Below, piece by piece: positions 36,239 to 50,424 of a DNA stretch of 64,000 nucleotides. The stretch's first letter is position 1, and each line of letters begins with the position of its first letter. The notes under the pieces were generated by a model. That model ran no database searches, had not been told where the DNA came from, and saw only the letters and a program-made list of their open reading frames with translations. The stretch is from Oopsacas minuta (taxonomy: Eukaryota > Animalia > Porifera), in assembly GCA_024704765.1 (NCBI GenBank), contig JAKMXF010000177.1, positions 310,001-374,000 on the forward strand, given 5' to 3'. The position numbers and the translations under genes are program-made.

Positions 36239-36689
36239 AAACATATATATACATACATACTATTTGCATATCACGCAAGCATTCATGCTTCTACGAAATA
36301 TACTCCATTTCAAGCGATGTATTGTCGTAGTGCGAAGCTACCAATTGATTTGTCCATTAAACCTCCAAAATCAATTGAGCAGGCGAAAAAGTTTTAGAGG
36401 CGCTTGGCGTGAAGTGTATAACAAACCCCCATTAACACTAAAAACGAATCTTTGATAACCGTCATTCCAATAATAAAGTGTTATCAACTGGCGTGACTGT
36501 GTACATAAAAAACAGCGAGTTAATACATCGGATGAGATCACAATATAAGATTAAGAAACTTGAGTTACGGATGAGCTAGTTTTAATTTGAGTTAAACAAG
36601 GAGTTAAACAATTCAACAAAAAAGACTGTTTTCTCCCATTTCCGCTAAATCTAGAAAAAATGTTGACAAAATTTTCAACTTGAAGATAT

Positions 36690-37130
36690 GCAAGACCCAA
36701 TACTTTGGAAAACCTGGCTACCTATCTAAACCTCCGCGGATATACAGAACTAAAGATGATGGTAATTGCCATTTCCGATCGATAAGCTACATCCTAACAT
36801 TTTCAGAAGAAAGACATTTATAATTCATATTAAAGTCCTCCATCATATGAGTGGTAGTTTGAGTGAAACACTAAGAAAGTATCTTTCTCAAACAGTTTCC
36901 AATTATGTCAGCGAAAGTGTCATTGACTCCAGTGGTGTTTGGGCAACCGAGGTAGAAATACTGGCTACAGCTAATCTTATTCAACATGATATCGTTGTGT
37001 ATGCAAAGAGTGGGGATTCTATGGAATGGCTTACATATCCTGCATCTTTTACATTGACAAAACAACAGAAACTGCATTGCATCTGGAAAATTTAGCTGAA
37101 CATTGTTCATTAGTATCGCAGATTCATTAT
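36690..37130 (+). pseudogene. OTU cysteine-protease relic
   Basis: IYRTKDDGNCHFRSISYILT...GVWATEVEILATANLIQHDIVVY...ALYLEN; frameshifted. Confidence 0.75.
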
Positions 37131-37909
37131 TGTTTTAGCAGCTGATTAGAAGAAGTATTAATCACTCTAATTTCGTTAATCATTATTTAAACAGGGTATA
37201 AACTAGGCTAGGCTATTTTAACCCCTGGGTTAATAACTAGGCGAGCCAATATAATTCCCCGGGAGTTAATCGGGCCTAAAACCAAGCATTTGGAAGATCC
37301 CTGAAGTTCGTAAATCGCTAGCCTATCGGAAGTAAATAGGGACCCATTACAATTTCTCACACTAGCTCTAATACGCCATAGAGCGCTCGCTGGCCCAAAT
37401 GTCTTATTGTATTGGTTATCAGGCCACCCTCACTCGCCCCACACCGGCCACAAAATATTTCACGTATCCGTAGGACACTATGGATTACACAGAATACATA
37501 GTGTGTAGTTATACACTTTAGATGATGAATTTGGGAGGTTACCACAACATCACGTCCCAGATTAAGCACGCCCGTTTAGATCCTCATCGTCAGAAACCCC
37601 ACTCGGTGAGACTTCTAGTGTGTGGCAAGAGTCTACGTTAAAATCAGTCAATGATCTATCTACGTATACGATTGATCATTTACGGAATTTCCTGACCTCT
37701 GGCATTCAAAAATCAACAAGTAAATACTTAATTGTACTTAATATCTTGTATTCATCTTGGTCCTTGGATACAATATATTTCAGGCGCATCCAGGATATAT
37801 TCTAGACGAAAGAGGTTAAGTTGGTGCCACCAAATTATTCTTTTTGGGAATATCAAGTTGCGATATTCTAAGGAAACAGTGGGACATTGAGTATTTTTAG
37901 ATTCTTCTA

Positions 37910-38290
37910 CGAATCAATTTCCTCAACTTCTTGAGCTCCAGAATATCATCATAGGGCAGTACAATAATGACGTAATAGTATTCGAATTGATAATGACTCG
38001 TCTCGTAGCCATTGGTTGGGATCCTGTGCTGATAGTAAGGGTAAAGTATCTATGATTCCTCATTTGACAACACTTCTGATCAAGTAGATATTTAGTTTGC
38101 ATAAATTTATCCTCAAAGTGGCAATTTGTATACTTGAGAGAGCGGATGCAACAACAGAAAGGTGCCATAGACTGTGGACTATTCACAGCCGCGGTTTATA
38201 CATCTCTCGCTTTGAGAAGGAATCCTTATAGTACTGTTTTGGGACCAACTAAATGAAAGATCATCTTGCTCTTTGTATTCGTAACCAGCA
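37910..38290 (+). pseudogene. Ulp1/C48-like (SUMO-protease) cysteine-protease relic
   Basis: NQFPQLLELQNIIIGQ...SHWL (His at 38010)...YDSS...MQQQKGAIDCGLFTAA (Cys at 38173): the His-Asp-Gln-Cys order of the C48 family. Frameshifts and stops present. Confidence 0.65.
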
Positions 38291-39267
38291 TGGAAGTATG
38301 ATATTTCTATACAGGTAGTGCGACATTTGTGTGCAGTTCTGTATAAATTATATATACATAAAAATACGAGTATATCGGGTTATCATAACAATTTTACATT
38401 TAAGTACCTAGTCCAAAATTTTGCACATCATTATGGACTACTTGTCTACCCGACGGGAATCATTTTTGGAAAATAAATCGATTCCTCTCAATGAAATTGT
38501 TGTTTCGAACGCTCTAAATTGTTCTGCCACACTACCAACGTATGAATTGATGGAGAAGCCGTTTGAAGTCCTAATCACAATTCACATTTAAAATTGATAA
38601 ATCTTCTAGAGAGTGAGACAAACTGTCATATGGTGATATATTTATAACTTTCAGCGCACAACAAATGTCGCAAAACAATGGCGTTGTCAAGTTTAAAAAT
38701 GGAAAAGGAAGTATCTATACTGTCGGAACCTCTATTTTAAAAATGATAGGCCAACAATGCTATACGGACAGAGGCATAGCCAAGATGATGGGCAGTGATG
38801 CGGCGCACCAGCGAGAAAATCCTGCACACCACTAAAACATGTTCAGACTATTGTAGGCAGAAATTAGTAAAATGGTACTGAATATTTAATAAATTTAATT
38901 CTGTATGGTTTCCGGTAGTAGTGTTTAGATTTAGGACAATCTATGAAATAATTTGTTACTTTGCAATAATTACTAAATAGCTCAATACAATTCAACACTG
39001 CTGGCACCAAGACCTGGCTACGCCACTGCATGAGACAGAAGAAATTGGGAAATAAGTTTTTGAATTTCGCAACAGGGTTAATACCTGCCCTAGAATCCGA
39101 TGATAATCCTCATCGAATAATTGCCGAAGCATCAGGGGAACTAACCGAAATGGCAAAACACTTTTCCCGCGTGAAAAAAGCATAAAGAAATTTTGCCAAC
39201 GGATAAGACTCTCTTCGATCATCACTTAGATTCAAATCTAAATCATTTGGCGGCAATAACTCCAAAA

Positions 39268-39690
39268 TAGAGATGCACTGGATATCCGGCCAATTTCATT
39301 AATATGCCGGATACTTATAAGTGTCCGGCTGGATAATACTACATATAGACAAATGCATGATTTGATGTAATCTACGTACAATAACTCAAATGTCTAGTCC
39401 TAGATAAACTGTGCTATAACAAACCTATCGAGACACTAATAACGGAAATCTAATATTCCAAATTTTTCTGAATAAAGAGGAGATGCTCTCCTTTTTCAGG
39501 TAACAATCAGTTGCGCCTTTCTTCAAATACAATTCCACCACTACTAAATAATATTTCACTACCTACTGAGCTAGGTGGAGTACCCAAATATTTAACAAAA
39601 GTATCCCGTATCAGGCCGGATAACCGGAAAATTAGAAGCCGGATATCTTAACCGGTCGAATGGGAAATTTTCATATCTGGTGCATCTCTA
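39268..39690. mobile_element. hAT-type MITE
   Basis: TIRs TAGAGATGCAC / GTGCATCTCTA; 8-bp TSD CTCCAAAA / CTCTAAAA (one mismatch). Confidence 0.8.
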
Positions 39691-40808
39691 CTCTAAAATA
39701 TTCCATACAAGGTTGAAGAAATCATGATTTGTTATAAAAATCAGATTATTATAATTCCATTAAATATTGTTTGATTAATCAAATTTAGCCCTTAAAATCC
39801 TTCTCTTTTATTTATAACGTTAGATTTCCATATCTGTAACTAGTCGACGATATTTAACTCATTTTTTCGAAATTCTATGTGGTTAGCAATCTAAAGAGTG
39901 ATCAAAAAATTGCTGATGAGCTAATACTAACAAATAACAACTACTTTATGTCGATCAATCGAACATGATACCGTTTATTCATTTGTTGTATTTAGCAGCT
40001 TGTATATAAATACAAGCTTTCGGGCTTATCCATTCTAGACACAAAGGGTTTGTGTCTCTTTGCTGGTGGATCCATTCTGATCGGGGAGAAATCGCACGTT
40101 CCGTCTCTTCCAAATTGACGAAAACAGGTACGGGCGTGTTTGGCTAGTTACTGACATCTGTAGTCAGATTGAGAGCAGCATTACATTCTGTATGATATTG
40201 CTCCATTCTTGCAACAAGTCTTTGGAATTCCTTCCATATTTCCTGCATTTTGCACGACATCCGGTTTACCCGGATATCAATGTCATGCCTTCGGCAGCTC
40301 ATAGTGAAACACTCAAGTAATTTAAAATGTGGTTCGAAAATGATATAATACTCGAATGAGGAGATTGAGGGTAAAGCGATGATGCTTTTTCCACTTTGCG
40401 GAATTGTCGTAACTACGATATAGTTAGTAGAATATGAATAACTTTGATTTTAAGATAGTAGTGTAGTATATTATTTCGATATATATATGAGATTTATATA
40501 TGGCTGAAACATGAATCAATTACATTTATTCAACTACCTACGATGTGAATCGCAACAGCAATCTGTGTCAGGAAAGTCCAAGAAATAGGATTAAAAACAC
40601 TATATTCAAATAATGCAGAATTTTTCACTAACTGTTAGGATGCTACCAACTTTGGCTTAGCTACCTTCGCAGTTTGTTTTTACAGCCTGTGAAATTATAT
40701 TCTATCAGTTACTTTCAACTATATTTGTTCCCGATAATCTCTGAAGTAAATACAATTTAAGAAGAGTCAAGGACGTGATTATAGTTTTATCGAACCCCCA
40801 GTGGGGGT

Positions 40809-40888
40809 ACGTGTTAGAGTAGGTTAAGTCTATATATTATGCTATTTGCAAATAGCATAATGTATAGACTTAACCTACTCTATCACGT
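40809..40888. repeat. 80-bp spacerless palindrome
   Basis: Centre at 40848|40849; 40-bp arms with two mismatches. Confidence 0.9.
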
Positions 40889-42299
40889 GCCATATCTAAA
40901 AACTTCCTCAAGTAAGAAATAAGAAAACACAAGTTGTAGTGTCATAAGGCCATGGTAATGAATTTTTGTTAAATTTTGACTATGTATCTTGTCCGCGATC
41001 AGTGATGACTGGGGTACCTGTACAGTGGAACTTCGTTAATACGAACACCAACGGACAGTCAAACTTTATTCCGGAGAAATTTCAATTGAAAACCATTGTA
41101 ATATTGGAAAATCGTATTAACTGTGTTCTTAGCAACGAGGTTCTACTGCACCAGCAAAATCCGTACACAAACGTAGCAATAACTGTACACAAACGTCGCA
41201 TGAGTCACATAAGTCTTGTACACAAATGTCGCATGAGTACTGTACACAAATGTCTCCCCCCGATAGCCTTGTAACAAATATATCGTGTTGTTAAATCAAT
41301 TTGTAATTCAACATACCTAATAATATACAAAAAATAATTTCAACATGATTTCACAGAATGAAACAGAGTATACTTAGTAGACTATTTCGCTTGGACATTA
41401 CTAGAAATTAATATTTACCGTATCAGGCAAGTGTTATTTAGATTAGAAGCCTGTCGTAGATAGTCTATTTCGGTTGCTGTCGAAAATGGGCAATAAAGAT
41501 TTTGAATATAATGACAGTTGACTCTTAAATCTGAAAACCATGACAAGCTATCGTTATCATCCCTGTGATAGGATTCTATTTCACGGGGGTACCTTTTTGT
41601 ATCCTGTAATAGTCAGCGCAGGGCTGGATTCGGTTAACCGGTTAACCTCTGCTATATAACAGTTAACTGCTATGATAGAATATATTCGGTTAACCCAAAA
41701 CTGTCATTTCCACAAATATATTTAGTGTTCCTAAGGGATTGAGAGATGCGAAATAATATATACATGAATTCTGCTAGTTCGATATTTATGAGATGTTACA
41801 TTTTAGGTCAGTACTCTCAAATTTCAATAGTTTTAGAAAAATAACATCGCATCACGATTGCATATATATATAATAGCTATGTATTGATATTTGCAATTTT
41901 AGTCACAAAACATCATTTATTGTATTAAGAAGAAATAGTATAGTACTTCAGTGGATATAACTTCCCATCTTCCGTATTTCAAACATATATGAACAATGAA
42001 TTATGAAATAATTCAACATACGGTATCCGAAATGGTGTATTTATACCCGACAAATGCGAATAGAGGATTCCTTCCAGTTCGTCTCAGTTCTCTATACTCA
42101 TACAGCATCCATAATGTACAAGATAACGATTGTTAATATTGAAATGAAGGTGTTAATTGCCTTGGTATAAATTCTCACAAGCACAAGGACCTTCACATAT
42201 TAGTTTGCATACTAAAGGACATAAATTCAGAAATAGTATTAAACAATAATATTATTACTAATACAGCTTGTACAATACCACTTGTTTTCTGTTAATATA

Positions 42300-43595
42300 C
42301 AGTCTGTTACATAATTATTTGGAATCAAGGATTAGTTTATCATACGATTGAATTTACTCTTACATAATACAAAATTGACTAAAATATTCTCAAGAGGTGT
42401 ATAGTCAATATTTAATTGGTAGACCTCTTGAGTCAATAACCATTTGACACCTACGTGGCATTGAAGACCAATATAGGTCTAGAAAATTAGAATCTAGCCT
42501 GCTCCAGGTGATTCCAACATTTTCTTCAGCTCTGAAATTGTCTTGGGTCTTGTTTAGTTAATTCTTGCTTAACCCACACGAACAGATTTTCAATAGGATT
42601 GAGATCGGGCTTTGTGATGGCCACGGAAGTACTTTTGGTAAATTAGTACTCAAGCAATTCTTAACCTTTGTCGCTGTATGCTTAGGATCGTTATCCATTA
42701 TGAGTTGCCAATCATTTCCATGGAAAAACTTCAGCCTGAGTTAGGAGATGACCTTGAAGTATGTCTAGGAATAATGAACTATCTATATTTGTTGTAAATA
42801 TACACAAAGGGAAAGTCCCAATGGAAGAGAATGCCGCCCAAACATTTATTTTTGGAGTATGTTTAGTGGTGGGGACAAATCTTTTCTGATCGGATTTTGT
42901 CCACATCTTTATTCGACCCCTAGACAGCCAAATAGACATTTCATCAGCAAAACAGTCTTTGCCAATTGGACACGATACAATCGATTTGTTTCACTCAGCA
43001 TAGGTACTTTTGTGGGATATTTTTAGAATATTTGGAATCGACTAAGGCTCGGCGTACAGCCTGGTAGGATACAGGTATAGGAGCTATACTTGCCAATGTT
43101 CTTAGTGATAAGTATGGTTTTTGTCTTATTTGTTGGCTAATCGACTGTTTAATCCTATTTCTCAAAGAGCATGACCTTCCAGCTCCTTTTGATGGGAGAT
43201 ATCAATTCCTTTTGCTAGTTTGGCCTTTACATAATATACAGTAGACAAGCTTACATGAGCAATTTGAGCAATTTCTTTGAGCTATGGCTGTTAGCTTCTA
43301 GTAATAACTTGATAGTATTTCTCTTATGAATTGAGCCATATGAAATAGTTAATACTTAAGACAAGAGAAGATAAATGGTAAACTTACGAATAACCGCAAA
43401 TGACGTCACAACAAATATTACAGAAGAGAGAAATGTTCAAGAAGTTGATTAATTGAACAAAATATAACAATCGAATTACGTATGTACTATTATACAATTC
43501 AAAATATGCATTCACTTTCAAATACACAATGATTCTATTTAGTTATGGTATATTTTTAAAGTAGATTAAAATTCCGAATAATTATGTAACGACTG
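42300..43595 (-). mobile_element. Tc1-like transposon, degenerate
   Basis: TA|CAGTCTGTTACATAATTATT and AATAATTATGTAACGACTG|TA termini. Motifs FADEMSIW, KINVWAAFS, MDNDPKH and PDLNPIEN; many frameshifts. Confidence 0.85.
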
Positions 43596-43597
43596 TA

Positions 43598-44250
43598 TTA
43601 TACGAGCAGCTACGCTTGCTCGCGCTGCGCGGCTAGCGCACACTGTTCGCATGTAACTTGGCACTAGTACTTCGATAGTTTTTAAGAACTATTATTTACA
43701 CATGAAATTCGGAATCAGAGTACTCAAGTACCCCGGTATACCCGTTGAAACAAAGTTTCCGCGAAATTTGTTACTTTACATTCATAACAACCACAATAAA
43801 TTTACAAATGAGAAACTTGAAGATGCGGATACAGTGTTAATAGCAAGTGTCAACGTATTTTAGGATTTCAACTATTTGTTTACTTTATATTCATAAAAAC
43901 AACAATAGGTTTACATATGAGAAACTTGAAAATACGAAATTCAGATTTGCCTTCTTGATTACCCCTGTATTTCTGTCGAGAGCAAGTCTCTAAGTATATT
44001 TCGAGATGTCAACTATTTGTTTACTTCATATTCATAAAAACAACAAATAAATTTGAATATGATTAATTCGTAAGTGTGAAAATCGGAATCAGCTACTCGA
44101 TTACCTCAATATAATTGTTACTTTTCCAATATCCTCAACAGAAGGATATGTTACCTATATTAAATCCGCAGATCGTCTCCTACTATTATTATAATACAAA
44201 GTGGAAAACAAACACACATACACAATAATTGAGATTTAATAGTATATATG
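43598..44250 (+). mobile_element. Non-autonomous Helitron/Helentron-like element
   Basis: 5' TATACGAGCAGCTACGCTTGCTCGCG GC-rich start, internal tandem units, and 3' ACAAACACACATAC...ATTGAGATTTAATAGTAT end. Confidence 0.6.
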
Positions 44251-45759
44251 TATAGAATGATCGCGTAGTACACAGACAAATTTATCGGAGAAAGTATAAA
44301 GTAAGCTTAGCTTAGTTTGGATAGTGTGGGATCTGTTACTTGCAAACAACTTTCTTCCGTACCAATTAAGAATGCTCTCCTAAGTAGACAATTTCAGCGG
44401 TACACTGACTACATAAACCATCCCTTAGATAGACAATACGTCCATTTACAAGCTGAAGTCAAGCTGCATGAGAAATGGACCTCTTTGTCCAAAATATCTT
44501 AGTAATATATTACTGTTGCGTAATTGTGGCTACTATAATATTACACCATGATTTTCCTGAGGGTGACTATTACATTACCTCACTACTATTACGTATTATT
44601 TACATTTATCCGAATATGATTACATTATATAAAAATTACTTGCTGATATATACAAGCAATAAACATGGTTATACCACATCTAGAATTGCGAAATTCGAAT
44701 TCCAAATACATTCCAACACCAAAATACATCTGGTCAAACAGACACACAAACAAATCATCAAATTCATATGAAGGGGCCGTTCAAACGAAACGTAACGCTA
44801 CAATGGGAGGGAGGTGGTATCATTGGTATGCGAAGTGTGAGAGCCCCATCCTTTTCGTATTATAACACAGGAAAAATGGGAGGTGTCAAATTTAGGGAAT
44901 TTTGCGTTATGTAAAGTGCCTAATAAAGTTGTGTATGTAACTTCCATCCTATCCCCTCACTTGTATCAAACTCCGGTTATATAGAAGATAATTAGTGGGC
45001 CCTTGAGCTTCGATATAATGGGAGTTGACTACATTATATTTATGCTAAAAAAATCTACATTTCGTAATTTCTGGGAAAATTTAGAAATTGCAGGGCAGTA
45101 AATTACAAAGTATGGCGCATATAGAGCACAACAACACAGTTTATAAACATTATAAGACTAATTAGAAGTTCTTCATGCAAAATATAAATTATTGAATTAA
45201 GTTTTACTAGATAATTCTCTTTTTGCCATTCTGTCAGCTTTAGTGATAACATAACGTTATACTTATACCATATATCATTCAGTTGTAATATCACATAGAA
45301 ACGATTACCCCTTGATATCGTGTAAGCAGCTAGTTTGAAGTAAAAAGTTCGTTTATTATCTTGGATGTAGAGTGACTCATTAATTTCCTTCGGGTTAAGA
45401 ATATAAGGACAGGAAGATGCCCAAGTTCAAAAAGAAACACAGAAGGTATATCTTGGAAATATCCTGAGAGTAGTTCGGGAGACTAACACTGTTTGCACTT
45501 CTTGGAAATCATTTTCTTGTCAATCCATAGTTGTAGCGTAGTTCTAACATTCAAACTTAATATTAGTGCTGAACGTATCACAACAGGTGTAGCATTAAAG
45601 ATTAACAAAATAAACATCGTCGCATATACTGATTTTATCTCACTAGTTGGCCAATAATTATATAAAAACTGATGAATATAAATTATGAAGAAAAGTGGAA
45701 TATACCTGTTGCGTTGAGAATCAAATACGTGTTTGGTCGCGCTTGTTCTTGTAAAATAT

Positions 45760-46080
45760 TTCTGCGAGCAAGTTCATTTTCGTATTACGACTTGAATTAA
45801 TTTCTTCTTTCCATTCTTCTGAATTAACGGGAATCGTAAGAGCTCTCACTTGCCTCCTGCACCATTAGGGGTTCATCTTCAAAGTATTTTTCAATCTCTA
45901 CATTACTGGGACGAAACAAATACACAGGATTACAATCTCTGCCAAACATCAATTTGAAGGGAGTCGTTGTAGTTGCTGTTTTTACATGTGTGTTGGCAGC
46001 TAAGCATGCTTCATGTATTAGATCTGCCACTGGATCTAGCAGAAACTTGTCAATCTTACTATGGAAACAATATCATGAGT
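45760..46080 (-). pseudogene. Gypsy/Ginger1-like integrase C-terminal relic
   Basis: HEACLAANTHVKTATTTTPFKLMFGRD, parallel to the 21604-22041 segment. Confidence 0.6.
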
Positions 46081-47441
46081 TTCATTAGTCTATCGGAGAC
46101 TTCCAGCGACGCGAGCCTAACTCGCGTCACTGGAAGTTTCCTATGAAATTCACTCCAAAAGCATTTTTGAGACATTTACCTTTTAATATCAATTACCTTA
46201 TTAATGGCCTCTACTAGACTGTTACTTCGTGGGTGATAAGCTGCTGAGGATCTATTGTCTATCTTTAATGCTTCGTGATATTCTTTGAATTCCTACAAAT
46301 TATATAAAACTTTCATAAACTTTTTTTTATTTATTAGGCCAAATTATATAATTATTAATTTATTATTTAATTGATAAAATAGACTTTAATCTGAAACCTG
46401 GGGGGGGCTTGATCATGCTGAATTATTTATGGTGTGCACAACCTCAAATAAATGTTGCGTAGTTGATCAATTACCTCAAGAGTGCGCTTAGATTTGAGTG
46501 GTCTTGCTTTTACATATTTGGATAAGTAGCACACCGCAACTAACATATGGAAGTCACTTTATGTACTGTTAGGCAAGTCACAAACTAAATCGATCCCAAT
46601 ATGTTCTCATGACCTTTCTCGTGTGGAATTGGTTGCAATAGACGATTTTGATTGGCATTTGATGATTTCGCCTTCTGGCAGGAATCATAACTCATACCTA
46701 GAAGCGGAAATATTGTACTTAATTACTGTGAGCATACTTGCCTACTGTCCAGTTTTTGGCAGCACATTCCGCTTGTTCGGACATGTGTCGAGGGCCAATA
46801 AGGCTAATATCCCGCAAAAAACCTTACTTGTCCCGTTTGTTATAGTCCAGTCTATTACAAATATGCTACGTCCCGCTTTTTTCTTTCGCTCAGATTGGCA
46901 AGTATGTGTGGGAACAGGAATTTATCCTAACTGAAAGTTGGAATTTGTCCTAAAAACACTGGATTTTGTAACAAATATGTTCTAGAGGGGACGCGGGTAA
47001 GTGAATATACCAGCTTAAATTTTGTACTTGCGTATTAATATTCACTATTAGGATAGCTGTAAAGAATGTTCCTTGGATTATGTTAATCTTTTCCCGGATT
47101 GTTGTTCAGACTTCTTGGCACCACGGGGTTGTTGGTGGGTGTATTTACGCGAATAATAATAGTACCTTTAGACAAAACCCAGTATTTGAGTTTAAAACAT
47201 ATTCCAACTAGCCATTAATTGACAAATAATGTGTTGTTTGTAGGGCTAACGGAGCAGGGGCCGCCTGAATGCCCCACTTTTATGTGAATCTTTTGGTCAT
47301 AAAATTTCGCGTGCATGGTTCGCGATAATATTTTTGTGATCTTTTGATATAATTCAGTTATTTTATATTTGAGTAATATGTTTGGCACCGAGTTCAAGCA
47401 GGAGGATCTTCTATAGTATAATTACAATTTTGTTATAAATT

Positions 47442-47740
47442 ACTACGAGCTTTTGACTCGTCGCTTTGCGATGAACTCCCCTAACATTACCCCTCGAGGT
47501 ATCCATTATTCTCTAATTTCATGGCCCCTTTGAGTATTATAATATATACATTTAAAACAATCTAATTCACAAATATGCGTATATGGCACATATGTTATTG
47601 AAATATTATGTAAGATATACCCCCTGGGCAGCTGTTTTGAGCAAGTCTGTACGTATATTTGAGATTTGGATAATTTGTTTACTTTATATATTCATAAAAA
47701 CAACACTAATTTACATATGATTCATCCAACAAATTAATCA
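47442..47740 (+). repeat. Fragment of the Helitron/Helentron-like family
   Basis: ACTACGAGCTTTTGACTCGTCGCTTTGCGATGAACT start like 52212; contains an internal-unit remnant. Confidence 0.5.
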
Positions 47741-48739
47741 ATTTATTTTTTGTATATGCTAGCAAGTAATATTCACAAATGTAATCATATTCAGATAAAT
47801 GTACGTAGTAGTGAGTTAATGTAATAGAAACCCTCAGGCAAATCATGGTGTAACCTTATAGTAAGCCACAATTACATAACAGTATTATATATTACTAGGA
47901 TATTTTGGATAAAGGGATCCATTTCTCATGCTACTAGCGTAGGAAATGGACCGCGGTGAGATTTGGATCCCCCAAAGTAGTAATGATTCCCTTAGTGAGG
48001 GGTCCATTTCTCATGCAACAGTCCTCAAAAAAACAAACTATAATTGATATAATTTAACTTAACTGGATTATTAGTGCTAAATGAGTCGATAAGTAGAAAG
48101 TACTAAGACGCTATATAGACAATTTTATCATATTCACATACATACTACAGTAAAATATCATAGTTACCTTTGAGGTGGTTGATTTAATAATCATTCATCA
48201 ATACTATTTCTTATAAACGTTTAATGACTTTGTAGCAGCTTTAACAAGTATTTTTCTCCGGATCTGAGGCCAAAGTTTCAAATCCCAACTCTTCATGATC
48301 TAATTCTTCTTGATCTGCTTCTTCCTAATCGAATATTTCTGGATCCGAGTCTTCTTTACCTAAAGATGAGAGAAAATAAAGACACCACATCAGTCCCGGC
48401 GGAAACAATGTTTAGTTGATCGGGCCAAATTCAACCATCGTAGTAGCTAGCTACATCATGGCGCTATAAGTCGCAGTTATATTTTCAGGTCCTAAGACTT
48501 GGTATGGCTAGATTATTATCCAGAGAGTCACCCCTGACACCAAGTATAGTATTACAAATACATGAACTACTAACCTAAATTATTTGGTATAATAATGTCT
48601 ATAGCGAAGCAGGAATTTGAATTGCTATATTAGAATCTTAAACACGTGTCATTTGATCTGTTTTATTCATTTTAATGGTAGGACTGCCCTTTCGGAAGGA
48701 TAATGTATCCTTCCGAAGAACACAAAATTTTGATTATTG

Positions 48740-49030
48740 AGTATCCAAACACAGAGAGACGGTGCTCTGAATTACCAACAAAGGAGTTAGCCACTTAAAC
48801 ACAAGACAAGCTGTCAGTGTGTTCCTTGTGGACATGTAAAAGGAGTAAATGGTTTAGTCGCTCCTGCTTTATAGTAGTCCGCAAATACGTCTTCAGACAC
48901 CTTTTGGCACTAAAAGACGTTCGCTGACAGCATTGGTTGAAGGCAGAACCAAAACCAGCATCAATAGCGTGACAACCTCACTGATCAAGGAACACTCTGC
49001 CTCTGACAAGCTCTGGATGTATTTCCTGAC
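48740..49030 (-). pseudogene. hAT (ZMYM1-like) transposase C-terminal relic
   Basis: ISEVVTLLMLVLVLPSTNAVSER/SFSAKRCLKTYLRTTIKQERLNHLLLLHVHKE. Confidence 0.8.
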
Positions 49031-50352
49031 ATCGTGAAAGTAGAGTGCTAGTGACTTAGGCTCGCTAGGGAATGTTCAACTCGTCCTATGCATTGGTACG
49101 AGTTGGTAACTGATATGAATTGAGTCATAAATTGGTACGAGTTGGCTCAAAATATGGTTGAGTTGGTACTAGTTGGCGTGTGGTACGACTTGACTGGTAT
49201 CCCTGTATTTGTAGAACTTACATTCAAGCCAACGTTGCTAAGCGGAACTAGGAATTCTTGGAAATACATACTATTTTGTTTAGGTTAAACACTAGATTCG
49301 TACACGAAATAATAGTAGGGAACAAACTTGAGATAAATCCCAATAGTTACGAACGCTTGTTTGGGTTCCCATTGTTCTTCAAAATAAGTCACTGATATAC
49401 AATATTGAAAATGCCATAAGAATTAGAATTTCTTATAATTAAATGAGATTGATGAACCTAGAATAGAGTCAAATGCTTCAAATTTCCATAAACTATGGAA
49501 TGGGGTACAGAAAAAGTATGCTTGATCAAAATTTTTCTTCGGGTCTGCACATAATAAATTGGCCCAAAAGTGGGCTACTTCTTTAGTGCAAAAAAGGGGT
49601 TGTACTTACCAATAATAGATAGTGTATTAGTCTGCTCAGGGTCATTATCATTATAATGAGAAGTTGATGAAAATCTTGCATAATATAATCTGCCAGATGC
49701 TAGACAGTTTGTCGAAAGACATCTTGCCAAAAAGAAAAACTTAACATATAGAAAATCTCTCTAGTTTGTAAAAAATACACAACTTCTGAAATATTATAAA
49801 TATGCTCAAATTTTTCGAATTATCATAAGAGTAAACATAAATACCCAAATACAATAATTAACGCTTGTATATTAACAAATTTGATAAAAATCCTTCCAAG
49901 ACAGGGAATACCAGTTCAAAATACACATCGCAACAAACAAGCGGTGGCCGAGAAGTCCGGACCAAGAATCATTATGTTTTTGCTTGATACTGTACTTTCA
50001 GGATTCTTACTGAAATAACTAAAAAATCATTAATCCGAATATTGCCGGGGAAATGTGTGATGTTATGACTTAAAAAAGGCGTTAAAATCTTGTTTTTGGT
50101 GTTGGAATAGGTTAAAACGAAGTGGTAAAATATTTGTGTTCCTTTTCATTACGAACGTAACACTTCGGCAGTAATCGGTTAAATTACATAGTTTCCGCAA
50201 GATAAATACCCAATCATGCTGGATTACAATATCTGGTTTTTCGTCCCTGATATATTTAATGTCGTTATATGGTGTAATCAATGTTAATACTAATACTGCT
50301 TATTTTTAGCTTTGTATCATCAGTAAATTAGAATGTTCCATTTTGTACGTTT

Positions 50353-50388
50353 CCAATGAATTTCGATCAATCCAATAGGTTATAAATA
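50353..50388 (+). promoter_or_regulatory. Candidate core promoter of the Maf-like bZIP gene
   Basis: CCAAT at ~50353 and ~50372, TATAAATA at 50381-50388, ATG at 50425. Confidence 0.35.
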
Positions 50389-50424
50389 TGATCCGAAAAA
50401 TGGTCAGAAAACAATATTTCAGAA

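Noticed and set aside
40000-40302. GC-richer minus-strand frame MSCRRHDIDIRVNRMSCKMQEIWKEFQRL... with one internal TAG
   Set aside because: 52 codons to the stop and no recognisable domain; readthrough is not supportable without homologues.
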